Assembly: GCF_009914755.1 (NCBI RefSeq)
Contig: NC_060926.1
Origin: the human T2T-CHM13v2.0 reference genome, Homo sapiens
Direction: 5' to 3' (one strand)
Length of the DNA: 64,000 nucleotides
In this document: piece after piece, positions 43,047 to 59,389 of the stretch
Layout: every line of letters starts with the position of its first letter
Numbering within the stretch: the first letter of the stretch is position 1
The notes under the pieces: model-generated
Told to the model about the DNA's origin: nothing
Databases searched by the model: none
What the model saw: the letters and a program-made list of their open reading frames with translations, nothing else
Translations under genes and position numbers: made by a program

Positions 43047-44289
43047 TGACAAATACTACTTCTAGGCCATTTTGCAAGTGAGAAGGGCATTCGTGGGCAC
43101 ATACGTAGATGCAGTAGAGCATATGAAATCAGAGTAAACACCTTCTTAGATGTCTTATAATTAGTGCAAAGAAGTAACCCTTAGGCAATGTGGTATGGGT
43201 TTCAGGAGGCTGCACGTAAGTACTAGCCTCATTATTATTAACCAGTTTTTTCTGTCATGTCTCTGGTCCTCAGTTTCATTGTCTGTTAGATGAGGTGGTT
43301 GGCCCAGATCACCTAAAGAACTTGGAACAAAAATCAATCCCTTAGCTCCATGTCCCAGAGTCTGTAATCTGGGGTGGGACCGTGCATTGGAAATTATTTT
43401 CAAATTCCCCAGAGTTCTTAATGGACAGCCTCAGTGGGGACCCACCAGCCTAGCCTAGCTCTGAGATTTCAGCTCCAGCGGCCTAGTGTATGTGTGTGAG
43501 TGTGAGGCATGTGTGCTGCAGTAAACTGCTGACATTTGGCTTCTTGATGGTGTGTGACGAGTAACTCTTTGCAGCTTTACTGAAGGAGACCCAAGTTGAA
43601 AGGCAAGCTTGGTGTGCCTTGCTTAGGGGGACAGTCATCTGCCTGGATTTTCTGACTTTGGTAACATGAAATGGAGCCTTAAGCAGGTCGGGGTCCTGTT
43701 GTGAAACAGAAACCACCCTAGATGAACGTGAAAAAGAAAAAGAATTGGTGTTTGAAGTGTTGGGAGCAACATGGGGGAAAGTTACTGAAAGGTTAGTTAA
43801 TAACTGTAGGGAAACCACTAACACTGTGTCCCCTCGTCCCATCTATCAGTTGTTAAGTCCATTTTTAGGTGATACTAACTTCAAGTTCAGTCTCACCTAA
43901 CTATTAGATATCTTAAGGAATACATTGTATTTATGTAAATTAGTAGGGGAAAGTAGAGAAAAGTTGGTTCGTATCTGCAAACGTGTATGTATATATAAGA
44001 AGGAATAAAATGCACATCGCTGCCACGGTTCTTGTTTCTGTCCCTGGTTGTGGAGGGTGTTGGCTTAAAGCCTTTACTAAGTTCCACTCCCCCTTTGCCA
44101 GCCCCTCATCTGTTGGGTGGCCTGAACCTTCATTTGTGAGCGCTCTGAGTCATTAGCAGTCCTGAGGTCCCTGGGTTGTGGTCATCTTCAATTAGTTTTT
44201 TCCCAAGGCCAGTTTTTCTTTTTAATGAAAATGTTCTAGGGAGTGATGGAAAATGTGAAAGCTAAAATAAATAAATAAATAAATAATAA

Positions 44290-46920
<2,631 letters not shown>

Positions 46921-47341
46921 CCCTTACCTTCAGTGTTTTTGCTTTTGCTCATTAACACAAACTTTATTGGCTTTATCCCTGTTGTCTTACTGGCCCCACC
47001 TATATAAGTTCTCTGTGCCCAGGTCTTTGTCTTAAGGTCTGCCTTAGGGAAACCCAAACGCAGATAGCTCCCAGCAGTTTCCATTGTTAAATTCGTTTCG
47101 TAGGATATATTCACTTTGGCCAAGGACTACACCCTTCTTTTGGTAGCTGTGTAGCTGTGTATTGCTTGGCATGTTTTGTGGACCTGCACTCAATAACTAC
47201 TTGCTGAATAACTGATACGTTTTGAGAAAATTTTTAGTATTTACCAAGAATCTAAGTTTTTAGTAAGTTAAATTAGAGGAAATTCTATGGTATTTTTCAC
47301 CACAGCTTATGAGATTAATTTTCTGTTTGCACGCCTATTAG

Positions 47342-47776
<435 letters not shown>

Positions 47777-48834
47777 AAGCCTGAACACCCTTTGGAAAAT
47801 TTAACCTAGGTACTAAAACTTGTGAAAATGAGCCATAAATTGGGTTTATTTCTAAAAAATAGCTTCACACTTCCTTGGTGTTTTTGTTGGGGAATCACCT
47901 GTCTGTCGAATGACTAGTACTACTGTGCACTTCCATAATCCTCAGTATTTCCTTATTTGCTAAATCCTAGGATATACCAAAGTGGTTACAGAATTGCTAA
48001 CCCATACCAAGAGAGACAAGCTTTCTAAACTAGAGTTCTATATGTGTTAGCTCTAACTAGAGACAAGTTTTCCAAGTAGAGTTCTATACTTGCTTAAAGA
48101 CACTCCAACATTATAAAAATACATATGTATAGTATTATTCATTGCAGCTATCTGTAATTTTAGACTTTTTGTCTGGTCTAAGTATTTTTTTCTACCTTTA
48201 GCATGGTTATAATAATCATTTGAAATACAATTCATTGTCTTGAAATTCTTAATTTTATCTTTGAAATTTGAGTTTTATAAGTAAAGTCTGATGGAATAGT
48301 GGAGCACGCAGCAGCAGCTTGCAGCCTTGGCTCACGCCTGCCTCGTCCTGCCTCCCCAGGGTGGGTTCTCAGCCCACTGCTGCCCCTGGGCAGCCTGCCT
48401 CCCTCCCTATCATCCATATGTCACTTGACTTCCATACACTTTCACTTTGGTAAACACAGTGACATTTTGAATATCCAAAGATGAGTGTCAGCAAAAAGCC
48501 AAAGTCTAGTGATCCCTGAAATACAAATGCATCTCCTTTCCGCCAGTGCCCAGCTATTCTGGTCCACGACTGCCTAAACCTTTGAGGAAGATTTGGAAGA
48601 AGATTCATTGTCTGTACTTGTGGCCATCTTGCAGGGTCCTTCCTTAAAGATAAATTGCCTCCCTCTCTATCAAGAGATTTTGGTTCTGGGAACCAAGTGA
48701 GAACCTTGATGCTCCATTATAGTAAATACAGATTTCTGCTCACCTGTTCATTTTTGTATATCAAGTAATACATTAGTAGACTGGCTGGCTGTTTTATTCC
48801 TAGGGATCAAAACATTCTGATGGGTCATTTCATC

Positions 48835-49079
48835 TTTTTTTTTTTTTTTTTGAGATGCATCCTCCACCTCCCAAGCTCAAGCAATTCTTGTGCCTCAGCC
48901 TTCCAAGTAGCTGGGACTACAGGTGTGCACCACCATGCCTGGCTAATTTTCATATTTTTATTGGAGATGGGTTTTCGCCATGTTGGTCAGGCTGGTCTTG
49001 AACTCCTGACCTCAAGTGATCCGCCTGCCCCAGCCTCCCAAAGTGCTGGGATTACAGGCGGGAGCCACCGCACCTGGCC
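48835..49079 (-). mobile_element. AluS with right-arm deletion
   Basis: TSD GGTCATTTCATCTT. Confidence 0.88.
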
Positions 49080-49849
49080 AGGTCATTTCATCTTCACCAT
49101 CCATGGCAGGGTTGGCATCCACCCGGCCTCTGCTGCCGCTTGGCCTCTGCTACTTTAGAATCACATTATTTCCTCTGAAATCAGTGATCCCATCATCAAC
49201 TCTGGCCTACAAAAAACAGCCACAACCTATCTTTTTAAAGTTGCCGGTCTTCACTAATGCATCTCGCAGTGTCTTGGTGAATAGTGTGTACTATGGGACC
49301 TACTGAGAACTTAGTGTGGTCGCCGAAGATAAATCCACCCCAACATTCCTTTCTTACTAAGCCATTGGTATCCCCTTCTTCATTAAGTTAGGCTTCTCAA
49401 TCTCATAGCATCCAGGCTTTTACTGAGCCTAGGTTTTGGTCAGCCAGCCAAACAGAGCTGCTCCTAGATGCTTAGGTTGAAACATTAAATTCAGACTTCA
49501 CTAAGCACACCCCTGTCTAGAATGTGGCCGGATCTAATGTCATACTCACATCTTGCCTATTTAGTCTGACACCTTAGAATTCATTCCCACACCATGTTTC
49601 TATTAATATAAATTAGCAAAATTCGTATCTTACTAACTTGATACTAATTTATTGCTAGCATAAATTAACAGTAGTTTTTAGTTTGTGCTTATTTCCTCCT
49701 AAGTCAGACTTTGTGCTTGCTCTCCCTAGGAATGCTGATACCTGATTCTAGTTATGGATATGGAGGCAAGGAGAAGTTGTTAGGGTAGGTACAAGGTAAT
49801 TTCATATAAATACGCATGCTAAAAAGAAATTTGAAGTGATGGGGGGATT

Positions 49850-50380
49850 GAGGGGCTGACTTATCAAGCTGAGGCTTGAATGGAAGGGGTGGCCACATAA
49901 TCACCACAGGACTGCCTTCTGGGAGGAGAGGGGAACATGCAAAGGCCTGAGGCAGGATCTGGGGGTTTGTTGGGGGAGCCTAGTCACGGCCAGTGGACTG
50001 AAACATAGAGCTCGTGGGTGGGAAGCTGAGCAGGGCCGAGGCAAGCCCTTAGCGCAGTGGGAAACCATCAAGGTGTGAAGTAGGGGGCGCTGACAGAACT
50101 CTGAGGGCTCAGACGTGGGAAGTGAGGGAAAGAGACACCTTTGATGACTTCATTGTGTGGCTAGAACATCTGGGAGCGGGGAACTGGGATTCCACTGACT
50201 GAGTGAGGGAAGGGGCAGTAGAGTCAAGGTTTGCTTTGGACACTGTAAGTTGTAGCCGCTCGTGAGATACCCTGCGGGGCTGTTGAGAAGCAGTGGGCAG
50301 TGGGGCTAAGTTCTGAGCCAGGCCCAGCCTGGAAATGGATGTCATAAGTGCACAGGGGTCTAGGGAGGCAGAGAGCGAAA
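49850..50380 (-). mobile_element. L2 fragment
   Basis: GGGAACATGCAAAGGCCTGAGGCAGG...CAGTGGGAAACCATC. Confidence 0.5.
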
Positions 50381-51024
50381 GAGGAAACAGGAGCGTTTTA
50401 GGAAAGACTAGAGCTGCCTGAGGGTTTGGATCAAAACTGCTTTAAAAGTCCTTCTTCAACAAGCACTGAGCACCTACTCCGGGCCAGGCATGGAGAACCC
50501 AGAGGTGAGCAGAGTCCGTCCTGCACTCAGTGCTGCCTGCTTCAGGCCAAATTTCCCCAAGCCCAGGCCACAGGCACTAACATGCAGATTCCCTGGGCTA
50601 CCCAAGCCCCACTGAAACACAGTGGCCAGAGGCAGCAGCATGTTTCAAGTTCCCTGGGTGATTCTTTTGCACAAGAAAGCTTGAAAACCTTTCATTTTCA
50701 GTGGTCCAGGAGTAAATGTGGGAGGTGTGTGTGTGTTGCGGGGTGGAGAAAGAGAGAGAGCACAGGCAATTTCCTCTTTCCCTCTCCAAGAGCGGGGCTG
50801 CTCCCAGGTTCAGGAAAGCAGGTCTGTTCTGTGAGCTCTTGTGTGTGTGTGTTGGTGGGGGGAGCGGGGGGGTGGGGAGGTGTGGGCACGATGTCCCAGG
50901 AGGACAGAGTTTGCATTGATGAAAACCCTTCCCAGCCCTTTGATGCCTCTTTCTCACTGCCCTGAAGTTAACCAGCGCAGTCCTCCGTGCGTCCCGCCCG
51001 CCGCTGCCCTCACTCCCGGCCAGG

Positions 51025-51097
51025 ATGGCATCCTGTCTGGCCCTGCGCATGGCGCTGCTGCTGGTCTCCGGGGTTCTGGCCCCTGCGGTGCTCACAG
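51025..51097 (+). CDS. SNORC: SNORC (C2orf82) coding exon 1, signal peptide MASCLALRMALLLVSGVLAPAVLT
   Basis: Strong Kozak AGGATGG, hydrophobic leader, CAG|GTAAGA donor, 73 nt, phase 1. Confidence 0.95.
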
Positions 51098-53025
51098 GTA
51101 AGAGGTGAAGGCCCTTGTCTCAGCCACCACTAGCCTCCCAGGGCCGATAACTACCTTGGGGCCAGATTCTTCAACGTTCACTGGGGAGGAAGCCCTCTCA
51201 CAGGAGATGGGATGACTATTTGGGGTGATTCTGCGAAGAGCTCTTGTGAGGCCGGCTGGCAGCAGCTGTGTGGGATGGACGTCTCAGGAAATTGTTAGCA
51301 GGAGGGATAATGGCCTCTGGAGAAGGAGGACAACTTGGGGGGCAGGCCCAGGGATGTTTTGCTGTTGAGGGGGACATGGGTATTGCTCTAGCACTTTAAA
51401 ATCTGAAGTCTCCCAGGTCTGGGAGGCAGCTGGGGCACCAGGCACAGGACAAGCAGCTGAGGGGCCAGAGGAGTGCAGAGCCTTGCTGATTACTTTGAAA
51501 AGCTTCCCTGCTGGTCTCTGCGACGTCCTTAGAGAATGAGGACCCAGGTACTGTCCCCATCTGGGAAAAGGCTCCAGAGAGGGAGAGAATACAAGGCCCA
51601 AGATCCCTCTGCAAAACGGTGTGGACCTCTGGACTGAGATCAGAGTGGCGGAGTCTGGGGTCCCATGAGAGGGAGGCCTCTAGCAGGCTCCCAAGGGCCC
51701 TGTGGAGAGGGGAAGACTGGCCCAGGCTGGCTTCAGAGCCTGAGAGACAAAGGGCGCAGACGGGTTACAGGTGGTCTTTGCTCCTTTTGGCCGGGAGTTG
51801 GACCAAAGGGCAGCTGGCTTCTGTGTCACAGTAGCGGGGTTCAGGGACCCTGCAGCCTGGGTCTTCTGGAGGGCGCCCGTGGATCTGTGAGAAAGGTGGA
51901 CCGCAGTCATGAGAGCATGGCCTGGGGAGAGCTTCTGGGGGACGACAGGCCTGGGGAGGCCCCCTCGGCCACACCCTGGGAGGTCTGGGTGACAGCGAGG
52001 AGCACCGGAGACTATTGGCTTCTCCCTGGACGCCCAGGAAGAAGCTTGAGGCCAGGGTGTGCTCAGTCTTGACCGGGCGGTTTCTTAACCTCTCTGTGCC
52101 TTCTCCTCATCTGTAGGATGGTGACACAGCCACGCTCTGCCTCACTTGCAGGGGTCTGTGAGGCCTCGTGAGTTCAGACGTGCGGAGCTTTTGGGATGGG
52201 CCCCACATCCAGTTAGTGCGAATGTGGATTCTGTGGTCCGAGCCCCTCCCTGGCACAGGGTGGTCTCAACAGAACTCTACTTCCTCCCGCAAGCTGGGAG
52301 GGCGCCAGCCTCCCTTGTGGTAGAAGAGGCGCCAGCCTAGGCGAGCCATGCGGTGTTCCCAGGATGGGGGGAAGGGACTTAAAGGGGAAGGTGGCATCTT
52401 CCATGGCTTGGATCCTGGGGCTGTGATCTTTGCAGCCCCCTCACTGGGAAGAAGCTGCTTCTCCAGCCTGGTGGTCCGTGTGGGCCGAAGGGGAGGCCCT
52501 GGCTCCTGCCTGCTGGGCCTGGGCTGCCTGTGGCTCCTGCCCAGGTTCCTACTCCTGTGTGGCTGACCCTCCTGGCCCAGGCTGCCGGCCAGAGTTCCCA
52601 GGCCAGACTGTCCCTAATCATTGTAGGCGGGTGGGCTTCCTCTGCCACCACAGGATGCCTTGGGGACAGCCAGGACCTCACCTGGCCTCACTGCCCCACT
52701 TCCCTCCATGTGTCCTACCAAGAGTAGGCAGGCCCCCCGCAGGGGCCAGACCAGGCCTTCCCAACCCCGGAGTCTCTGGGGTTCTGGCTGTTGTTCTTGC
52801 GAGAGCGTTTGACCCCACCCCTGGGCTGGGAGCTCTGGACAGGTGTGTACACGGCCCTGGGCTCTGTGGGCTGGGGTCCTGTAGCAGACAGGAAGGGAAG
52901 GAGCGGCCTTGTGGGCTGAGGCCCAGGCCCCATCTGAGGCACAGGCCCTCCCTGTTGGGGGCCTGTGGCCTCAGCTACTGAGGTGGGAGCAGGCCGGGCT
53001 GAGCGGGCAGGAGGCCAGGGCAGGG

Positions 53026-53065
53026 ATGAAAAGGCCCTTCATGGCCCACACAAAGGCTGTCTGTG
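53026..53065. promoter_or_regulatory. Candidate SOX9-type paired inverted sites in SNORC intron 1
   Basis: ATGAAAA-GGC-CCTTCAT and CACAAAG-GCT-GTCTGTG, two 7-3-7 inverted heptamer pairs 6 nt apart. Confidence 0.5.
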
Positions 53066-54797
53066 AGCAGAGGCGCCTGGCCTCAGGGCCCTGTGGTCAG
53101 AACAAACTTATTTACCAAAAGGCAGGGCGGCTGGGGCCAGTGGGGCTGGGAGAGAGCCCGTGGTGCCCAGGCTTGTGGCAGTGCCACCAGCCCCTGCTTC
53201 CCTGGGTCAGAGCGCGTAGCCACACCACATGGCTAATTCTGGTCAGTGGAGTCTGGGCCTCATTACCGCCATGGAACTTTCTTGGGGTCCTCCGTGCCCC
53301 CACCTCTTTGCCAACCTCACTTTCTGTCACCCTGGCCTATTCACTGTCCGCCTGGCACGCCGTGAGTTCCGTCCTCCACACCTTCGCTCCTGCCCCATCT
53401 CCCCCCTCCCCAGACAGGACTCCTGCTGGGAAACTGCTCTGCTCCCAGCTTCCCAGAAGGATGGATTTGGGGGAAGATGGGAATTGCCTCTCAGCTTTGC
53501 TTTCCCTTCTTACTGGAGTAAATTCTAGAAACATAGATGAGGATAAGAAGTGCCTCGGCCCCTCCCTGGCAGCGGCACCCCTTTTCCTGGTGGATCGGTG
53601 GCTGAGTGCAGGCTGTCATTCCGAGCCTATGTGTCTGCCACTTGGGCACCAGCCTAGGTTGGCAGGGAGCTGGTGGCTCCTGGGGCCCTGGCCGCTTGGG
53701 TGCAGATGGGTACTGGGCCAGCCTGTGAGGGATTCCTGTGGCAGCCAGCGGCTGCAGACCCATAGCAACTGGGCTTGTGTCCAAAGGCGCACCCCAGGCC
53801 AGACGCAGCAGCTGAAGATGCTGGTGTTCACACAGTTACCTCCTTGTGCAAGATGCTTGACAGCATAGTCTGAACCCCCGTCTTACAGGTCAGGAAGGTG
53901 GATTGGGGCATGGAGCAAGGATAGGCCCCAGCCCTCCTGATTAGAAAGCTTCATGGCCTGGCTGGACAGGAGGGGGCTGTGTACAGTGGGAGGAGGCCAG
54001 GGCAGGTATGTCTGGTGGTGGGCGCAGCAGAGACAGGCTGGGTCACGGGGGACAGATGGGGACAGGGCCTGAGTGGGGCTCCCCACTGCCCTGCTCAGAG
54101 GGTACCGTCAAGGGTGGCAGCTCACCCCTGCTGGGCTGGCCTGGGTACTGAGCCCTGCCTTCTCAGGGGCTGGAGGCCTGCCACTCCTCGGCTGATTCCC
54201 GCAGATGCCACCCGGCTCAGCTGGGCCTGGTACCCAGAAGCCCTGCCGCGGCCTCCAGATGCAGGGAGGTGCCTACCTGCCAGTCTGTCTTGGGTGTGTC
54301 ATTTGTCCATTTCTTTGGACATGTTCAGGCAGTCAGTGAGCCTAGACCCTGGTGCCTGCCAGGCGGTGGGCGCACTCAGGCCTTTTACCTGCCCAGCCCC
54401 CAGAAGCCTGAGGCAGCACGCCAGGGGCCTGGGGCCTTCCATGGGGACTGCAAGGCTGCAGACCCCTGCCTTTCTGGCTGCGACATGGGAGGCCTGGCTG
54501 GGTCACTTCCCCTCCTCTCAGGGTGGTCTTCAAGGTTTGCGGGAGGCTAGAGAGACATCAGTGCTACAGTGCAGCCTTGGGCCCCTCGGGAGGGAAGCCT
54601 CCCCCAGTTGGGGGCCAATGGGCCTTCCACCCATGGGGCCTCCTGCCAGAGGTCTTTTCTGGAAAGGGGTTCTGCCTTGGGCCAGCCCTGGGGAATGTGG
54701 CAGGTCAGGTGAAAGGTCAGCAAGCTGTCTCAGAGCTGAGCCTTGCAACTGACCTCTCCAGGCTTGAGAGAGGCCCAGAAGCCAGGGACCTGCTAAC

Positions 54798-55270
54798 ATT
54801 TTATTGTGGAAAGATGTGAAGTTTACAGAAAAGTTGCACAAATACTCCAATGAACTCCAGGAGTCCATCCACCTAGTCTTGCCAACTGCCAACATTTTGC
54901 TACATTGCTGAATCCTCTATCTGAATGCTGAAATCATTTGAGAGTAAGTTGCAGAAGTCATGTTCCTTTGCCCCTAAATTCTTCCTAAGAACAAGGACAT
55001 TCTCTTAACACACCAGAGTCAGCTATCAAAACCAGGAAGTGAGCACTGAGGCAGTCCTAAGCCACACCCTGTTCAAACTTCACCAACGGACCTGAGTCTC
55101 CGATCACAGGCCTGTCCCTCCCCGTCCAGGAACATTGAGCTGTCTCCTTAGTCTCTGATCTGGAACCTTTCGGCCTTTCTTTGTTTTTCCTAACTTTGAC
55201 ATTTGGGAAGGCCCATTTACTTTAAGACTGACCCTGAGTCTGGGTTGGCTGATGTTTCTGCGTGGTTTGC
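54798..55270 (-). mobile_element. L1MC-type 3' end in SNORC intron 1
   Basis: TTTACAGAAAAGTTGCACAAATA...TTCCTAAGAACAAGGACATTCTCTTA. Confidence 0.65.
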
Positions 55271-55740
55271 CCTAGATGGACACAACTGGCCAGAAAACCC
55301 TGGAAGGACCTCTGTGTCTTCTCGAGCATCCGCCTCTCTGGGTGCTGGTGAACCTATGAGGAGGGCAAGTGTCTGGCTTGACTCTTGCCCCAGCGCTCAG
55401 GGATGGAACCCGCAGGGACAAAAGGTGCCCTAGGGTCGCCGGCTGGCCGGCAGGGTCTGTTCACAGAACGGCAGCCTCCCTGCACTGTTTCTGGGCAGCA
55501 CAACCGCTCCTGCAACTGTCCAAGGCCTTCAGCCCACCTGTGCTCACCACCACGGCACCTTATCCCCAAGCCTTGGCTTTCTTGTCTCTGAAATGGGGAT
55601 AAAAGCAGTTCCCACACCACAGAGTAGCTGGAGTCAAAGAGATGAGGTGTCGGGACATCCCCAAGCTCATCCAGGGAACCGGCTTGAGGGTCGAGTGTCC
55701 CTGGATCACAGTCTCTATCCCAGTTGAGATTAGAGCATGG

Positions 55741-56028
55741 GGCCGGCCGCAGTGGCTCACACCTGTAATCGCAGCACTTTGGGAGGCCGACACGGGTGTA
55801 TCACCTGAGGTCAGGAGTTCAAAATCAGCCTGGCCAACATGGCAAACCCCGTCTCAACTAAAAATACAAAAATTAGCTGGGTGTAGTGGCAGGTGCCTGT
55901 AGTCCCAGCTACTCCGCAGGCTGAGGCAGGAGAATCGCTTGCTTGAACCCGGGAGGCGGAGGCTGCAGTGAGCCGAGATTGTACCACTTCACTCCAGCCT
56001 GGGCACAGAGCAAGACTCTGTTTCAAAA
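55741..56028 (+). mobile_element. AluSx-like
   Basis: Sense dimer; GAGATTAG..CATGG on both flanks. Confidence 0.9.
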
Positions 56029-56555
56029 AGAGAGAGAGAGAGATTAGGACATGGGCAGGCCTGCCCTGCTAACACTGTGATGTCAGATGGTCTGGCTGGG
56101 CTGGAGAGGCCAAGAGCCGACCTACCATCCCCATGTTGAGCTTTCCAGCGTTTCTGGGGCATCCTGTCTGGTTGCCGGGGATGGATGGCCCAGGGTTGGG
56201 GTGGTGGTCAGGGGAGGACAACTGGGGTGGGCTGGCTGGTGAGGATACAGGGCGGGGGTTATCATGCAGGCGTCTCAGCCTGTGCTTTCTGTGGGACTGA
56301 GAATGTCTCCTTTCTGCTCTCTGGTCCCTGGGTACCCCAAATCCTGCCAACTCCCAACCCTATGAGCAGAGAAGGGCTTTGTGGGGGGCACCTCCCTTAC
56401 ACTGAACAGACACTCCTCCTGCCCACCCACCGGCCCTGCCCAATGGGAGGCAGCAACGCACTGGCTTCAGCTTCTTAGCCTGGGAAATGTGAGGGCTAGT
56501 GCAGCGCTGAGCCCAGACCCCTCACACAGCGCTACCGGCAACTTGCTTAACCTAG

Positions 56556-56897
<342 letters not shown>

Positions 56898-56907
56898 TAG
56901 CAGGTGA

Positions 56908-57039
<132 letters not shown>

Positions 57040-57043
57040 AGCG

Positions 57044-57049
57044 AATAAA
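57044..57049 (+). terminator. SNORC: SNORC proximal poly(A) signal
   Basis: AATAAA 4 nt after the stop codon. Confidence 0.75.
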
Positions 57050-59359
57050 GGGGCCGCGCCCGGCCGCGGCGCGACTCGGCTGCACTCCTCACGCGCCTGT
57101 ATGTCCGCGCGTGCGTGTCCGCGCATGCAGGTGTGCCAGAGCGTGAGCGCGCGCAGGCGAGCGCTCAGGGCGGGGGTGCGCGCGGGGCCGAGGGTGGGTG
57201 CCGTGCACGCGCGCGGGTCCGGAGGCGCGCCCGAATTCCCCGCAGGGGCGCCGGGGCGTGCGTGAGCGCACAGCATGTCCGAGCCCGCCTGCGTGTGGCG
57301 TGCACCTGAGCGCGCGCAGGGCCGCGCGGCTCGGCGTCCCCGTGCACCACGGCTGGAGTGCCTCAGGAGCGCGCCGCATGTGCGTGCCCGGTGCGCGTGC
57401 GCCGGGGCCGCCAGGGCATCGGAGCGGGTGTGCGGCCAGCGGTCTTAGCCCGTCCGGGGGCACCGTCACGGTCAGGGCCACGCCACGGGCGGCCCCTTCT
57501 CCCGGCGCCGCCTCCTCTGCCTGGGCGCGGGCCGAGGCCCTCGCCGCGCTCCCCGGGGCCTGCCTCCCATCCCGCTCCGCTGGGGTTCAGAGCGTTCCGT
57601 GAGGAGGTAAGCGCTAGGGCAGGAGAGGCCGACAGAGACCCCGGGGCCCGCCGCTCCTTGAGGCCGGGGTTGGGGAGGGCAGGGGCCGTCGGCTCTCCCA
57701 GCCAGAGGCCGCGTGGTTTTGGGGGACGTCTTGACTCTGAGTCCTGCAGCCAGGGCCCCATCCGCGGGCTCAGACCAGCAGCCCCAAGCCCCCCTCTGCC
57801 CAGGGAGCCTCAGGAGCAGGATGAGTCGAGAGTCGACGCCGGACACGGCCCGCCCCTGCTTCCTACTCTCACCCCCAGGCCTGGCTGGGGGCCGGCAGCC
57901 CCCACGCCCACGGTTGGTTTGTTCAGGGAGAGAAAACGGCTTTCCCAGCTCTACTCACCTCACTTCACCCTCAGAGAGTCGGGGCGGAGTGAGGGTGAGG
58001 AGCCTGGTCCAGGGTCCCCACCTCGGAAGCATTTAGAGATGTAAACTTTGATCCTTTGATCATTTAACCTGCTCAGCACAGCAGGAAGTGGGAACTTGGT
58101 CCCTACCCCAGTCCCCAGGGCCTTTGGAGGGAAGGGTTGGACAGTTTGGAGGCCAGCAGACCCCTTGGGGACAGCTTAATGTATCTGAAGATTCCTGAGT
58201 GGGAATGTTGCTGGAGGGCAAGCTGCTTCTCTTTTTTAAAAATTCATTTTCTCTAGCAGCTGTTTTGGCCCCTTTGGTGTCCCTGAGCTCCCCATGGCAC
58301 TGTTTCCTGCCGTGACTTTCTCCTCCTGGACACTGGAGCCCAGGTGGTGCCCGCGCACCTCTCACACACTGGGGGATAGGGTCAAGGCCTCATCCAAGTC
58401 TGTTAACAGCTTCCCACTCAACCAGTCTCCCCAAAATACACTGTGAGTTCAATGATTCTGCTTATAAAGGAGTGCTATGAAACTGACCTATTTTCCTAAT
58501 TGGTTAACTGACTTCATCTCACATAACCTTGAGTAACCAAAGCCTTCATCAGAGCGGACGATCCAACCCAACATGCTGTTTCCCATCCTCAAAAGGCACG
58601 GGGACCAATGGCCACCCAACTCCTTCCCAACCCTCCCCTCCAGGGACGAGAGATGGCCCCCTCTTTCCCTTTCCCCACTCTGCAAGCACTCCCCCACCAA
58701 CGGGTGCATCACAGCCCCTCACTGGGACCAGGGGGCCTCCCTCTCCGGTGGAACCAGTGTCACATGCCTGTGCATCTCTGTGATTCTCAGAGGGTCTGAG
58801 GTCCGAGCACCCTGCTGTGGCCTGTGGGAAGACGCTACAAAGTCCCACTGGATCTAAACCAGAGGCCTGTTCTGGCGAGCAGGGAAACTGTGTCCTGGCA
58901 GAGATCGTGGTCCTGGGCACACAGGACCCCTCAGCACACTGAGGTGGAGCTGGGGCGAGGGGAGGGGGTGCGCTCTGGGTAACTGAAGGTGTGAAGGGCC
59001 CAGGGCCTGTTTCTGGGCAGTGCAGGAAGTCCCAGCCCCATGCCTGTGGTGAGATCCCCTGTAGGGCCCCCCCCACCATGGGCACTTCGGGGCCTCTACG
59101 GTCTTCCAAAGCTGTGTCCTCATTTCCACTGCAGCAGAGGGGCGTCCCCAGCTCCGTCAAACAGCCCTTTCTGTTTCTGGAGTCCTACAAGTGGAGGCCC
59201 AAATCCGTTCCCATGTTGAGGCAAGGCCCTGGCTGTTCCTTCCTCTCTGGAAACCGCCTTGAACTCTTCCTTTGGGACATGCCTCCTCGACCAGCCTTGA
59301 AGGGGTGCTCCTCTCTCACTACCTGGAACCAAACATCCCCTTCCTTTGTGTACAAGGGC

Positions 59360-59365
59360 AATAAA
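59360..59365 (+). terminator. + strand AATAAA, candidate distal SNORC-side poly(A) signal
   Basis: AATAAA preceded by TGTA and followed by a T-rich tract 15-30 nt downstream. Confidence 0.6.
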
Positions 59366-59383
59366 GAGTAGACCTTCATCTTC

Positions 59384-59389
59384 TTTATT
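59384..59389 (-). terminator. NGEF: NGEF poly(A) signal
   Basis: TTTATT on + (AATAAA on -), ~780 nt downstream of the NGEF stop. Confidence 0.8.

Noticed and set aside
48012-48098. Imperfect ~47-bp direct repeat (AGAGACAAG...TAGAGTTCTATA)
   Set aside because: Old degenerate two-copy duplication with no functional cue.
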